Positions 1 through 10,209 of a stretch of 64,000 bases of DNA are shown piece by piece. The stretch's first letter is position 1. Every line of letters starts with the position of its first letter. This DNA is from Eubacteriales bacterium. Its GTDB lineage: Bacteria; Bacillota; Clostridia; Lachnospirales; Lachnospiraceae. The stretch spans positions 17,429 to 81,428 of the forward strand of contig JAWXVA010000003.1 of assembly GCA_044425815.1 (NCBI GenBank), in the 5' to 3' direction. Under the pieces are notes generated by a model that saw only the letters and a program-made list of their open reading frames with translations, did not search any database and was not told the origin of the DNA. Position numbers and translations under genes: made by a program.

Positions 1-1090
1 CAATATTCAAAAACATTATATAACAACTAATACACATAAGAATTACGCATAATCCCACTATCAATCCCAGTTCTTCAGCAATCGCAGAGAAGATAAAATC
101 GCTTTCTGCTACTGGTATAGTATTCGGAGCCCCTTCATTGAGTCCCATTCCTAACCAGCCGCCTGTTCCTATTGCAAATAAGGATTGTGCAACTTGATAA
201 CCACTTCCACTATACGTCGCAAAAGGATCTTGCCACGCCTCTACTCTAACACGAATATGTGAAAACAAGTGATACGCCACAACTGATGCTCCACTCCCCG
301 CCACTAAACCGCTTATCATATAAAACCAATTTTTTGTTCCTACATAGAGCATTACTAAATATACTACGTATAGTATCACTGCCGCCCCCAAGTCCGTCGA
401 TGCTACTAATATCAATACCTGAAGAGCTGCAAGGGCTGTAGTTATTACAATATTTTTGAACTTTGTCGAATAGTACAAACTTGATGCAGTAAAAAACACA
501 TAAATAATTTTAACAAATTCCGACGGTTGAATACTAAAACCTGCAATAGAAAATCCTAGCTTTGCACCAGAAGAAGTCTGTGCTAATAATGCCACCAATA
601 ACAGTGCAACAATTCCAATTCCTGCATAGACATATCGCCATTCTTTCTTCGACAGAAACCTTGCTTTTCTAATAATAACAGGTACAAACAAGCTTATTAC
701 CATAGAAATGGAAAATACCATAAACTGTTTTACTGCCAAATCAAAATCTAAGCGACTAAGCATCACCAAGCCGATACTAATTAGCATACACATATTATTT
801 AAAATTAGTCGTGACACATCCGGATATAAATTCACATAAAATGCAATTGTAGCCGCAATCATAATCACAATGGCTGCATATAACAATAAATAATGAATTT
901 CTTTTGTACTCAAATACAATGTGAAAAACGCAAGCAATTGAAACAAAAACATTACTACATTCTGCGAAACCAAAATACGATGCTTCTTCTCTATATCACT
1001 ATAGCCGAATATGCTAAAGCAGCAATACGTGTAAATCACCATCAAAATAATAATTGTATATTTAATGCAAGCACAAATAATATTTACCAC
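1..1090 (-). CDS. FtsW/RodA/SpoVE (SEDS) family protein, 3' end beyond the window edge
   Basis: Not in the ORF track; translated manually from GTG at 1090. Multi-TM protein with SEDS motifs QPSEFVK, DLG, WQDPF..SGYQVAQSLFAIGTGG and IPVAESDFIFSAIAEELG. Frame is open to position 2. Confidence 0.9.
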   Translation of the reverse strand, partial: MVNIICACIKYTIIILMVIYTYCCFSIFGYSDIEKKHRILVSQNVVMFLFQLLAFFTLYLSTKEIHYLLLYAAIVIMIAATIAFYVNLYPDVSRLILNNMCMLISIGLVMLSRLDFDLAVKQFMVFSISMVISLFVPVIIRKARFLSKKEWRYVYAGIGIVALLLVALLAQTSSGAKLGFSIAGFSIQPSEFVKIIYVFFTASSLYYSTKFKNIVITTALAALQVLILVASTDLGAAVILYVVYLVMLYVGTKNWFYMISGLVAGSGASVVAYHLFSHIRVRVEAWQDPFATYSGSGYQVAQSLFAIGTGGWLGMGLNEGAPNTIPVAESDFIFSAIAEELGLIVGLCVILMCISCYIMFLNI

Positions 1091-1098
1091 TTCTTCAC

Positions 1099-3474
1099 CT
1101 ACCTTACTCCACGTCTAAAATGACCCTTTGTTGTCTCTCTATTTCCCAAACTATTATTACTAATATCATAATAGAATTTCCCAATAGAATCAATAACCTC
1201 TTTCACTTCGAGTTTTCCCTCTACCGTAAAATCTACTCGTAAAAATGCGGGATTTATTTTTCTTATTTCTTCTTTTTCATCAAGCAAACTGGTTGGACAA
1301 GTATTATATATAATATTATAACAGTAGTCACAGCAACATTTCACCTGTATATCCTTTCCCATTCGATCTTTCATAATAATCATATCAGATTTATGTGTAC
1401 ATTGTTTGGCTGTCTTTTGCACACATTGCGCCGAAATCATGTTTGGAGTGTAACCATATACTACCAACCCTGAATTCCTTTGACTTAGCTGATTTATTTC
1501 TTTTGCTGTTAATTCCAGTGCATGCGTATTTTTACTGATTCCTAATCGCTCCCAAAACTCCATACTCCAACTATTATACGTATATACATGGTGGTCTAAA
1601 TGTATTTCGCCCTTATAATTTTCTTCCTTCAAAAACTGATAACTTTCTAGATTTCGTATCATTATTCCATCAAATGGTATCGCAAAAAATTCTTTTAATT
1701 TTCCCTTAAATACACTCGCTGTCTCATCTCTAAAAATATGTGGCATTACGATATATACTTTCTTTCCATGCCCTTTTATCCTCGATACTATAGTTTTATA
1801 TTCTTGATTTTCCCATATTTTTCTTATCGCATTGCAATCCAAATAAATACTAGAAAAAATACCGCTTTGTTCCACCTCTTCTAATTGTTCTAACGTCTCC
1901 ACGTATGCAACACAAGGAATCTCACCACCTATTATAGAACAACTTGTGCGCTCTAATGGAGATACCAGTTCTTCTACCTTTAGTTCGCGGCGAAAAGAAT
2001 CAACAATCGTTCGTTCTAATACTGCAATTCCATCTCTTCGCAATTGATTCAATTGCTGTGTCGGCACGAAAATATTATCATCCATCACTATTTCTATCGA
2101 TTGAAATTGAAATGGTGTATTTCCAGTCTTACGTATCTGTTGTGCAATCTTTTCTTTACTAGCTGGTTGCGTAGTAGCTGTTTGTACTACTTCGCCTTCT
2201 ATCGATACAAAATGCATTCCCATCTGAAGATGCAGCGCTGCTTTACAACCTGCAACTAAAACCAATGTTCCTGTCATCACTTCTTGTAATTTATTTGAAT
2301 CTAATTCTTTCTCTATTCCTTGAATAAGTTCTTGATTTCTAGTCCGATATAATACTGTACCTTTTTTTAGGATTACGCCTTTTCTGAGGGATAACTGAAT
2401 CTTTTCGTTACATTGATACGCTTGTCCCAATGTATAATTATCACCATTTTCCGTAATTTCGATGATATCCCCTTTGTTTAGGGTTCGTAGCGCTTTTCCA
2501 AATACCTGTCGCCCCATTTGATCTTGTACCTGTATACTTGGGACACCCGTATGACTTGGTTTCCCCGTTGTAATCATTTCTTTTCCGTTGTATTGTTTCC
2601 AATATCCACTATGAAAATCTCCACGATTAAATATATCTCTTAGTATATCGACATCTTGTTCTGCTACTTTATAATTCGCTTTCCCTTTTTCTAAATATAA
2701 ATCCACATATTTTCGATACATCGCCGTTACGCTCGCAACGTATTCTGGTTTTTTCATTCTTCCTTCTATTTTAAACGAAAATACTCCCGCTTCTATAAGA
2801 TCTGGAATTTCATATAAGGTACATATATCTTTTAAACTCATATAGTATTCAGTTTCACCATCCACCTTATATGGTAGTCGACATGGTTGCGCACACTGTC
2901 CTCTATTCCCACTTCTTCCACCTATCATACTACTATATAAACATTGCCCAGAATAAGAATAACATAGTGCCCCATGGACGAAACTCTCAATTTCTAGCTT
3001 TGTGCTTTCTGCAATTTCTTTCACTTCACCTAACATTAATTCTCTAGAAGTAACGACTCGCTCGACTCCTAAATCTTCTAAAAATCTAGCACCGAGTGCA
3101 CTTGTTACTGTCATTTGTGTACTTGCATGAATCGGTAAGTCCGGAAAGAATGCTTTTACAAATTGTAATACGCCTAAATCTTGTACAATAACAGCATCGA
3201 TTCCATGAATGTACAGTGGTTCTAAGTACTCATACAATTGTTCTTGAATTTCAGATTCTTTTAGAAGTGTATTCACTGTTAAATATAGCTGCTTCCCATG
3301 TAAATGCACCAAATCAATCGCCTTTTTCAATTCTTCCAATGTAAAATTATTCGCATTTGCTCTTGCGCCAAACCGATCGCCACCTACATAAATGGCATCT
3401 GCACCTGATTTCAGGGCTGCTACCAAGCAGTCAAAAGATCCTGCTGGTGATAAAATTTCTACTCGTTTTTTCAT
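1099..3474 (-). CDS. U32 family protein, long form (RlhA-like, probable rRNA hydroxylation protein)
   Basis: EILSPAGS, GADAIYVG, VHGALCYSYSGQC, GGRSGNRGQCAQPCRLPY, KIEGRMK; long C-terminal extension. Confidence 0.85.
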   Translation of the reverse strand: MKKRVEILSPAGSFDCLVAALKSGADAIYVGGDRFGARANANNFTLEELKKAIDLVHLHGKQLYLTVNTLLKESEIQEQLYEYLEPLYIHGIDAVIVQDLGVLQFVKAFFPDLPIHASTQMTVTSALGARFLEDLGVERVVTSRELMLGEVKEIAESTKLEIESFVHGALCYSYSGQCLYSSMIGGRSGNRGQCAQPCRLPYKVDGETEYYMSLKDICTLYEIPDLIEAGVFSFKIEGRMKKPEYVASVTAMYRKYVDLYLEKGKANYKVAEQDVDILRDIFNRGDFHSGYWKQYNGKEMITTGKPSHTGVPSIQVQDQMGRQVFGKALRTLNKGDIIEITENGDNYTLGQAYQCNEKIQLSLRKGVILKKGTVLYRTRNQELIQGIEKELDSNKLQEVMTGTLVLVAGCKAALHLQMGMHFVSIEGEVVQTATTQPASKEKIAQQIRKTGNTPFQFQSIEIVMDDNIFVPTQQLNQLRRDGIAVLERTIVDSFRRELKVEELVSPLERTSCSIIGGEIPCVAYVETLEQLEEVEQSGIFSSIYLDCNAIRKIWENQEYKTIVSRIKGHGKKVYIVMPHIFRDETASVFKGKLKEFFAIPFDGIMIRNLESYQFLKEENYKGEIHLDHHVYTYNSWSMEFWERLGISKNTHALELTAKEINQLSQRNSGLVVYGYTPNMISAQCVQKTAKQCTHKSDMIIMKDRMGKDIQVKCCCDYCYNIIYNTCPTSLLDEKEEIRKINPAFLRVDFTVEGKLEVKEVIDSIGKFYYDISNNSLGNRETTKGHFRRGVR

Positions 3475-3515
3475 ACTACCCTTTCTATACCCCTAAAAAT
3501 TCATCCCCTTGTTAT

Positions 3516-3548
3516 AAAATAGAGAGTGTGTCAAGACACACTCTCTAT
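3516..3548 (-). terminator. Perfect 14-bp hairpin after zapA (probable terminator or processing stem)
   Basis: atagagagtgtgtc-aa-gacacactctctat at 3519-3548, with a short T run on the minus strand. Confidence 0.6.
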
Positions 3549-3572
3549 CCGTGCGATTAGTCACCTAACCAC

Positions 3573-3983
3573 CTATTTTTTCTGTGTTTTTATCTCCGTT
3601 TCTAATTTAATCTGTTCTTTCTCCAAATTAGAATTCTGTAATTTCAGATTCTCTATTAACTTCTCTGCATTCTCCAGTTTAATCTGTATCGATATCAAGT
3701 CGTGTTTTAAATCATACATCTCTTTATCTTTTGTCTCTATATCACGCTCAAGTGCATCACTTAATTTTTTGGCTTTAAAATAGTCATCTGCTATATTCAG
3801 CGCTAATAGTGTGTTCTGCATAGATGCATTCTGTCTACAATACCCATCACTATTTCTACATTCTGTTATCTTATGATTCAAATAAGTTGCAACCTTTTGT
3901 AAGTACTCTTCCGTTTCGTATCCAGCAAGGGTAATTACTTTACCTCCTATTAAAACCTCTGTATAATTCTTTTGTGCAGCCAT
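3573..3983 (-). CDS. zapA: Cell division protein ZapA
   Basis: EVLIGGKVITLAG.E.EEYLQKVA.YLN, LLALNIADDYFK, long coiled-coil tail. Confidence 0.85.
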   Translation of the reverse strand: MAAQKNYTEVLIGGKVITLAGYETEEYLQKVATYLNHKITECRNSDGYCRQNASMQNTLLALNIADDYFKAKKLSDALERDIETKDKEMYDLKHDLISIQIKLENAEKLIENLKLQNSNLEKEQIKLETEIKTQKK

Positions 3984-4047
3984 GTAGTCCTCCTCAACAC
4001 TTTTCTATATATTTACTTATTATAAGTCTATCTGTGAATAAAAACAA

Positions 4048-5055
4048 CTATTTTTCAAGGAATTCATCTGAAATCCCTAAATGTTTGTATGTAATTTCCG
4101 TTACCATACGACCTCTCGGCGTTCTTTGGATGAATCCATTCTTCAATAAGTAAGGTTCGTAGACATCTTCTAATGTTCCTGTGTCTTCCCCTATCGAAGC
4201 AGCAAGTGTTTCTAATCCCACTGGTCCACCTTGAAATTTATATATCATAGTTGTGAGGATACTCCTATCTATATGATCTAATCCCATTCGATCCACTTCT
4301 AATAAATCCAATGCGTTCGATGCTACTTCTTCTGTAATTATACCATCGTATTTTACCTGTGCGAAATCTCGAACTCTTTTTAATAAACGATTTGCTAATC
4401 GTGGTGTTCCTCTTGATCTTTTCGCCAATTCTAGCGCGCCCTTATCTTCAATCTCTACATCTAATACATTCGCAGATCGAAGCAAGATTTTTTGTAATTC
4501 TTCTTCTGTATAAAATTCCAAATGATGCACAACACCGAATCGATCGCGAAGTGGTGCTGTTAGCATTCCAGCTCTAGTAGTCGCCCCTATCAATGTGAAT
4601 TTCGGCAATTCTAGTCTGATAGAACGCGCGCTTGCACCTTTTCCTATCATGATATCAATTGCGTAATCTTCCATCGCTGGATATAATACTTCTTCTACTT
4701 GACGATTCAATCGATGAATTTCATCTACAAACAGCACATCGCCTTCTTGAAGGTTGTTGAGAATAGCTGCCATCTCTCCTGGTTTTTCAATCGCTGGACC
4801 TGATGTAACTTTCATATTTACACTCATTTCATTTGCAATAATACCAGCTAATGTCGTCTTACCTAGGCCTGGCGGGCCATAAAACAACACATGATCCAAT
4901 GCTTCTCCACGGTCTTTTGCAGCTTTTATATATATTTTCAAAGTCTCTTTTGCTTTTTCTTGTCCTACATAATCATCTAAGAGCTGTGGTCGTAAATGAT
5001 TTTCAATCTTCGCATCTTCTACTAAATGCTCTGTTGTAATAATTCTTCTCTCCAT
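4048..5055 (-). CDS. ruvB: Holliday junction DNA helicase RuvB
   Basis: [44 protein letters not shown]. Confidence 0.98.
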   Translation of the reverse strand: MERRIITTEHLVEDAKIENHLRPQLLDDYVGQEKAKETLKIYIKAAKDRGEALDHVLFYGPPGLGKTTLAGIIANEMSVNMKVTSGPAIEKPGEMAAILNNLQEGDVLFVDEIHRLNRQVEEVLYPAMEDYAIDIMIGKGASARSIRLELPKFTLIGATTRAGMLTAPLRDRFGVVHHLEFYTEEELQKILLRSANVLDVEIEDKGALELAKRSRGTPRLANRLLKRVRDFAQVKYDGIITEEVASNALDLLEVDRMGLDHIDRSILTTMIYKFQGGPVGLETLAASIGEDTGTLEDVYEPYLLKNGFIQRTPRGRMVTEITYKHLGISDEFLEK

Positions 5056-5067
5056 TCTTACCTACCC

Positions 5068-5685
5068 CTAAAACATCATGTTTTTCAGTGCTTCTTTTAG
5101 TATTTCTTCTACACTTTTATTTCCATCAGCATCTTCCACTTTTCTCACAGCTTTCATACTAGAGCTCATATCATATCCTAGCGCAACGAGTGCTTGTGCC
5201 GCCTCTGTCTTATTTTCATTTCCCGTAAAGTTTGGTTGTGATGCTTCTGCTTTTTCCACGCCCATACTTTCTAATGCATCTTCAATTGACAATTTATCTT
5301 TTAACTCTATAATTAACTTTTCAGCTGTTTTCTTTCCTATACCTGGGGCAGCAGAAATTGCTTTTACATCTGAGGATGCCACTGCAAATCTAAGGTCATT
5401 TGGTGACAACGTTGAAAGAATCGCTAGACCACCTTTGGGTCCTATTCCATTGACTCCAATTACTAATTTATACACCTGCAAATCATCTCTTGTACGAAAA
5501 CCAAATAATTGCATCGCATCTTCTCTTACATTCAAGTATGTATGTAGTTTTATCTCATTTCCTAAAGATGGTAGATGATTCATAGATTGTGCTGGCATAA
5601 AAATTCCATACCCAACACCCATTACATCTACAATGACTTTCTCTTCTTCGATTGCCACTAATTCTCCTCTTATATACGAAATCAT
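5068..5685 (-). CDS. ruvA: Holliday junction branch migration protein RuvA
   Basis: MISYIRG, VMGVGY, HTYLNVRED..LFGF, GIGPKGG, PGIGKKTAEK; adjacent to ruvB. Confidence 0.97.
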   Translation of the reverse strand: MISYIRGELVAIEEEKVIVDVMGVGYGIFMPAQSMNHLPSLGNEIKLHTYLNVREDAMQLFGFRTRDDLQVYKLVIGVNGIGPKGGLAILSTLSPNDLRFAVASSDVKAISAAPGIGKKTAEKLIIELKDKLSIEDALESMGVEKAEASQPNFTGNENKTEAAQALVALGYDMSSSMKAVRKVEDADGNKSVEEILKEALKNMMF

Positions 5686-6182
5686 CTTACATCTCCCATT
5701 ATCTTTATTCTCTTTATCATCTCACTAGCCAATATACCTATAATTAGCCCTGTTACTAGTGCAGCAATTAATAATAGTGCAAAATAGTATATTACACCAA
5801 AACTTTCGACTATAATTATTGCTACTATAATTTGTCCTATATTGTGAAATACTGCACCTGCAATACTGACCCCCATAACACTAAAGGACTCCCTTTTGTA
5901 TAGTAGATTCATAACCACGAGACTCAACGTACATCCTGCTAGACTAAACAATATGCTCATAAGATTCCCAAAGAAAAATCCTGCTAGTATTACACGAGTA
6001 GTTGAAATAATCAATGCATCTCGAAATCCCATTTGATATAATGCCATTACTATTACTACATTTGCCAACCCTAATTTGATGCCAGGCACCGCAAAATATA
6101 ATGGAACCAAACTCTCAGCATAACTAAAAACCAGTGCTAGTGCAGTAATAAGTCCCATATACGCGATCTTATTTTTTAACAT
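5682..6182 (-). CDS. Gx transporter family protein (heptaprenyl diphosphate synthase component I-like)
   Basis: PGIKLGLAN and GAVFHNIGQ motifs, all hydrophobic; paired with a NusG domain II gene. Confidence 0.85.
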   Translation of the reverse strand: MLKNKIAYMGLITALALVFSYAESLVPLYFAVPGIKLGLANVVIVMALYQMGFRDALIISTTRVILAGFFFGNLMSILFSLAGCTLSLVVMNLLYKRESFSVMGVSIAGAVFHNIGQIIVAIIIVESFGVIYYFALLLIAALVTGLIIGILASEMIKRIKIMGDVR

Positions 6183-6199
6183 GTTAATCTCCCAAAAAA

Positions 6200-6559
6200 T
6201 TAGTGAGTCGTAGCGTCAAATTCAGACTCCGAATTCCCGCTACCCACGACAACGACCTCGTTAGGCAAGCAAATAATACTCTCGCCCGATTTACTAATTG
6301 CTCCTTGATGTAGGCATAATCCATCCGGACAAGTCGCTTCTATCATATACGCTTCACCATCTTGTATCAAAAGAATATTACTCTCATTAATTTCCACTAC
6401 CTGGTTTTCTTCCAATGAATATTCTCCATACAGTTCTCCATTAACAGAGACAAGTACCGAAGTACTCGTCTCTGCATTTATATTATAAAAAATATATCCA
6501 CTTATTGCTACTAGTAAAACAATACCTATTAATATAAAATCGTTTTTTTTCATGAACAT
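6200..6559 (-). CDS. NusG domain II-containing membrane-anchored protein
   Basis: MKKND N-terminus plus TM; EATCPDGLCLHQGAIS..GESIICLPN. Confidence 0.85.
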   Translation of the reverse strand: MFMKKNDFILIGIVLLVAISGYIFYNINAETSTSVLVSVNGELYGEYSLEENQVVEINESNILLIQDGEAYMIEATCPDGLCLHQGAISKSGESIICLPNEVVVVGSGNSESEFDATTH

Positions 6560-6598
6560 TCTTTTAATCCATTTCTATCCTTTATATAAATATTCACA

Positions 6599-6958
6599 CT
6601 AATACAACGCTTGCATATTACTTATCGCCACACCAATTACCACAAGTAAAATAATATATAATATAATACCTATTAGTGTAAGAATAAGGCTAGCTCTACA
6701 ATAGTTACGTCTATTTGTATTTACGCTTTTGCTAAATGCCCAATAAATATAAACACAAAAACCTACACATGGAATCACTAATACCAATATGGTAAGGAGC
6801 CATTCCATTACTGACATCGGTGTGTCATTTCCTTGTGTATCCATAGCTGAAGAATATGATGGATTGTACTGCATATCATTTCCTGATTGTTCTGAATTGT
6901 ATGTATACTCGTATTGTGTTCCTGTTGTGTTGTTATTCATTTCTTCATTATTGTTCAT
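6599..6958 (-). CDS. Small membrane protein of unknown function
   Basis: Polar N/Q/Y-rich N-terminus, then EWLLTILVLVIPCVG...YWAF..N.N..NYCRASL and a second TM. ATG 6958 follows GAAAGGTGG (track starts at 6970). Confidence 0.7.
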   Translation of the reverse strand: MNNNEEMNNNTTGTQYEYTYNSEQSGNDMQYNPSYSSAMDTQGNDTPMSVMEWLLTILVLVIPCVGFCVYIYWAFSKSVNTNRRNYCRASLILTLIGIILYIILLVVIGVAISNMQALY

Positions 6959-7098
6959 ATGATGTTCCACCTTTCACTTTTGTTCTTTTTTCTTAATCCT
7001 TATTTATAGAACTTCTCTTCTTTCATTGCCACTGTATCTTTATTTATTTTACTACAATGCAAAGAATATTACGACATAATTTATAAAAATTTGATAGT

Positions 7099-7551
7099 TT
7101 ATTTCCAAACAACCTTTCGCACATACGTATATACATTGTGATAATGATATACAACTGGCTCTACTTCTGGATAATACAGTATCATCCTATATACATAATA
7201 TCCCACCATTCCTAGTATTATCACTAAAAATATCCAACGAAGTCCTGCCATTTCTTTCCCAATTACATACCGATACAGCAACGCTATACCTACAGTTATC
7301 GCAATAGGAAATATAAACCAGTTATACTGTATCGCTTGTTCCCATTGTAATGTCAAAACACAGAGACCAGCTCTTGTCAAACCACAAGCTGGACACGGAA
7401 TTCCTGTCAAAATCACAAAGATACAAGTAGTTCCAAATATAAACTGCATAATTGCAAGTAAAGCCAGTAAGAAAATTCCTACTGGCAATACTTGTTTTAA
7501 ATCTTTTTTTATCAGTGCTACGTTTATAATAGAATACATTTTTTCGGACAT
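7099..7551 (-). CDS. DUF2752-like membrane protein
   Basis: C..VILTGIPCPACGLTRA motif, 4 TM segments. Start is uncertain (7551 or 7539) and overlaps the rnfB end. Confidence 0.75.
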   Translation of the reverse strand: MSEKMYSIINVALIKKDLKQVLPVGIFLLALLAIMQFIFGTTCIFVILTGIPCPACGLTRAGLCVLTLQWEQAIQYNWFIFPIAITVGIALLYRYVIGKEMAGLRWIFLVIILGMVGYYVYRMILYYPEVEPVVYHYHNVYTYVRKVVWK

Positions 7552-8318
7552 TTTTCTGCACACTTCCCACAATTCGTACATTTTTCTGGGTCTATATGAG
7601 CAATATTACCTTCTACTGTAATCGCTCCAAATTCACATACTTTTTCGCACATTTTACATCCAATACATCCGCCAGAACAAGCATTCATAACATCTTTCCC
7701 TTTATCTTTTGAGCTACATAACACAAGATGTTTTTGATCTACGGGTACCAATTCAATCAGATTCTTTGGACAGACCGCAATACATTTTCCACATGCTTTG
7801 CATGCCTCTTTATCTACAAATGCAATATCATCTACTATAGAAATTGCATCGAACGGACATGCTTTCACACACGTTCCAAATCCTAGGCAACCATAATTAC
7901 ATGTTTTTGAACCGCCATTTTGTACAAAGCTCATCATAATACAGTCTTTGATTCCGTAATATTTATAATCTTCTTTTGCCTTCGCACATGAACCACCACA
8001 TTTTACAAATGCAGTCATTGGTGTACTTTCTGTAGCTTCCATTCCCATGATTGTTCCAATTTTCTTTGCTACATCGCTTCCGCCTACTGGACATGCTCCA
8101 AGTTCAGCTTTCCCTTCCACGATTGCTGCTGCAAGTCCTGAACATCCTGCATATCCACAACCACCACAGTTATTTCCTGGTAATACACCCGAAATCGCTT
8201 CTTCTCTTGGATCAATTTCAACTGCGAATTTCTTTCCTGCAATTCCTAGGAAGACTCCGATGAATAATCCTGTACCACCAACAATTGCAGCTGCAATTAA
8301 TATTCCTGTAATACTCAT
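7524..8318 (-). CDS. rnfB: Rnf complex subunit B
   Basis: LPGNNCGGCGYAGC, CPVGG, several CxxCxxCxxxCP ferredoxin motifs. Confidence 0.95.
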   Translation of the reverse strand: MSITGILIAAAIVGGTGLFIGVFLGIAGKKFAVEIDPREEAISGVLPGNNCGGCGYAGCSGLAAAIVEGKAELGACPVGGSDVAKKIGTIMGMEATESTPMTAFVKCGGSCAKAKEDYKYYGIKDCIMMSFVQNGGSKTCNYGCLGFGTCVKACPFDAISIVDDIAFVDKEACKACGKCIAVCPKNLIELVPVDQKHLVLCSSKDKGKDVMNACSGGCIGCKMCEKVCEFGAITVEGNIAHIDPEKCTNCGKCAEKCPKKCILL

Positions 8319-8330
8319 AATCTTATCCCC

Positions 8331-8906
8331 CTATATTAATCCCGAAAATCCAAAGAATGCCATCGCCATAAGCCCTGAAGTAATTAAAACGATTGGTGTT
8401 CCTTGCCATGATGAAGAAACATCATTATATTCAGTCTTCTCACGAATACCTGCCATGATTACAATTGCAATCGTAAACCCTATTGCTGTAAACACACCAT
8501 TTATCACTCCTGTTAGAATACTATATTCTTTCTGTACATTCGTAATTGCTACACCTAGCACTGCGCAGTTTGTAGTAATAAGTGGTAAATACACTCCTAA
8601 TGAATTGTAAAGTGGTGGCATTACCTTTCTCAAAAACATCTCTACAAATTGTACAAGACATGCAATAATCAAGATAAATACAATTGTTTGTAAGTATTCA
8701 AATCCAAGTGGAACAAGGATAAAATTATAAATCGTTCCAGTTACAAGTGATGCCAATGTCAATACAAATAATACTGCTCCACCCATACCTGCGGCAGTAT
8801 CTACTTTCTTTGATACTCCAAGGAATGGACATAGTCCTAAAAATTGGCTAAGTACAACATTGTTTACTAATGCCGAACCTAGTGTTACCGCTAAAATAGT
8901 TTCCAT
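8331..8906 (-). CDS. rnfA: Rnf complex subunit A
   Basis: NNVVLSQFLGLCPFLGVSKK, LPLITTNCAVLG. Confidence 0.96.
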   Translation of the reverse strand: METILAVTLGSALVNNVVLSQFLGLCPFLGVSKKVDTAAGMGGAVLFVLTLASLVTGTIYNFILVPLGFEYLQTIVFILIIACLVQFVEMFLRKVMPPLYNSLGVYLPLITTNCAVLGVAITNVQKEYSILTGVINGVFTAIGFTIAIVIMAGIREKTEYNDVSSSWQGTPIVLITSGLMAMAFFGFSGLI

Positions 8907-8912
8907 ATGTAC

Positions 8913-9629
8913 TTACCCCTTTCTACTTTCTTCTTGTCCTGTAGGAAATACACTTCCTCCGCTACAGCTACCACCGCATGAACCACAACCACTTCCACAA
9001 TCACAAGTCGATTCATCTTGTGCTTTTTTGTTTTTTGGTTTTCTATTTTTTGCTTTATTCTGAATCGCTGTAAGACCAGCTAATACAAAGAATGCACCTG
9101 GTGCTAAGATGAAAATCGTTACAGGCTCATAAGAACTTGGCATGATTTGCACATCGAAGATCTTTCCTGCCCCTATTAATTCTCTTACCATACCAATCGC
9201 TGTAAGCCCTACTGTAAATCCAAGTCCCATCCCGATACCATCAAATAAAGAAGGAAGTGCTGGATTCTTAGACGCATAGCTTTCTGCTCTTCCTAGGATG
9301 ATACAGTTTACTACGATAAGAGGAATGTAGATTCCTAAAGATGCATATAAGCTAGGAATAAATCCTTCTAATAAAAACTCTACTATTGTAACAAAAGATG
9401 CTACGATAACAATAAATGCGGGAACACGAACACTATCTGGAATAATGCTTCTCAACATCGAAATAATCAAGTTGGACATTACAAGGACAGCTGTGGTTGT
9501 TAATCCCATTCCTAATCCATTCATGGCAGAAGTTGTTACTGCTAATGTAGGACACATCCCTAACATTAATACAAAGGTAGGATTTTCTTTCACGATACCA
9601 TTATAAAGTCTTTCAGTACAATTATTCAT
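8913..9629 (-). CDS. rnfE: Rnf complex subunit E with a Cys-rich C-terminal tail
   Basis: ENPTFVLMLGMCPTLAVT, IPLIVVNCIILGRAE. ATG 9629 overlaps the rnfG end. Confidence 0.95.
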   Translation of the reverse strand: MNNCTERLYNGIVKENPTFVLMLGMCPTLAVTTSAMNGLGMGLTTTAVLVMSNLIISMLRSIIPDSVRVPAFIVIVASFVTIVEFLLEGFIPSLYASLGIYIPLIVVNCIILGRAESYASKNPALPSLFDGIGMGLGFTVGLTAIGMVRELIGAGKIFDVQIMPSSYEPVTIFILAPGAFFVLAGLTAIQNKAKNRKPKNKKAQDESTCDCGSGCGSCGGSCSGGSVFPTGQEESRKG

Positions 9630-10209
9630 TTCCAGCACCTCCTAACGTATCATTAAAATAAGTAATTCCTGCATTTACGCCATTTGTTACTGCTGTACTA
9701 GTAATTGTTGCTCCGCTTAGTGCATCAATTTGATTTTCACTAGTAGATCCTGTTTTTGTCACTTCAAAACTCTCTACTGATTTATCAGCAAATTGATCTT
9801 TGAAATCTGGAGTAGATGCATTCATTCCTAGTCCTGCTGTCTCTGATAATGTAAGGAATGAAATTCCATTTATCGTTCCATCATTGCAAATTCCCATAGT
9901 AAAGGTCAGCGAACCACCGTAAGCTTCATTATTTGTCACCGTAATTACATATCCTAATACCTCAGTGCCATTCATAGCCACTACTACTTCATCAATTGAA
10001 TTACTATCCATTTCAGCAATTACAAAACCTTCCATCGTTTCAAATGTGTCCGCAGACGCGAATACTTCTTGATAAGCTTCTTGCTTTGCACTTTCTTGTG
10101 CCGCCGCTATTGGTTCTTTTGTAATTTCATAAACCAAGCCCAGACACATGCCTGCAATTACAGTAATTGCAGTTAAAATCAATGTGTTTTTCACAATTAA
10201 ATTCTTCAT
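9622..10209 (-). CDS. rnfG: Rnf complex subunit G
   Basis: N-terminal TM, ETAGLG, flavinylation motif DALSGATITS. Confidence 0.94.
   Translation of the reverse strand: MKNLIVKNTLILTAITVIAGMCLGLVYEITKEPIAAAQESAKQEAYQEVFASADTFETMEGFVIAEMDSNSIDEVVVAMNGTEVLGYVITVTNNEAYGGSLTFTMGICNDGTINGISFLTLSETAGLGMNASTPDFKDQFADKSVESFEVTKTGSTSENQIDALSGATITSTAVTNGVNAGITYFNDTLGGAGNE

Noticed and set aside
3475-3572. Possible 6S RNA downstream of zapA
   Set aside because: The gap is under 100 bp and holds only one short hairpin; the zapA-ssrS linkage is a proteobacterial feature.
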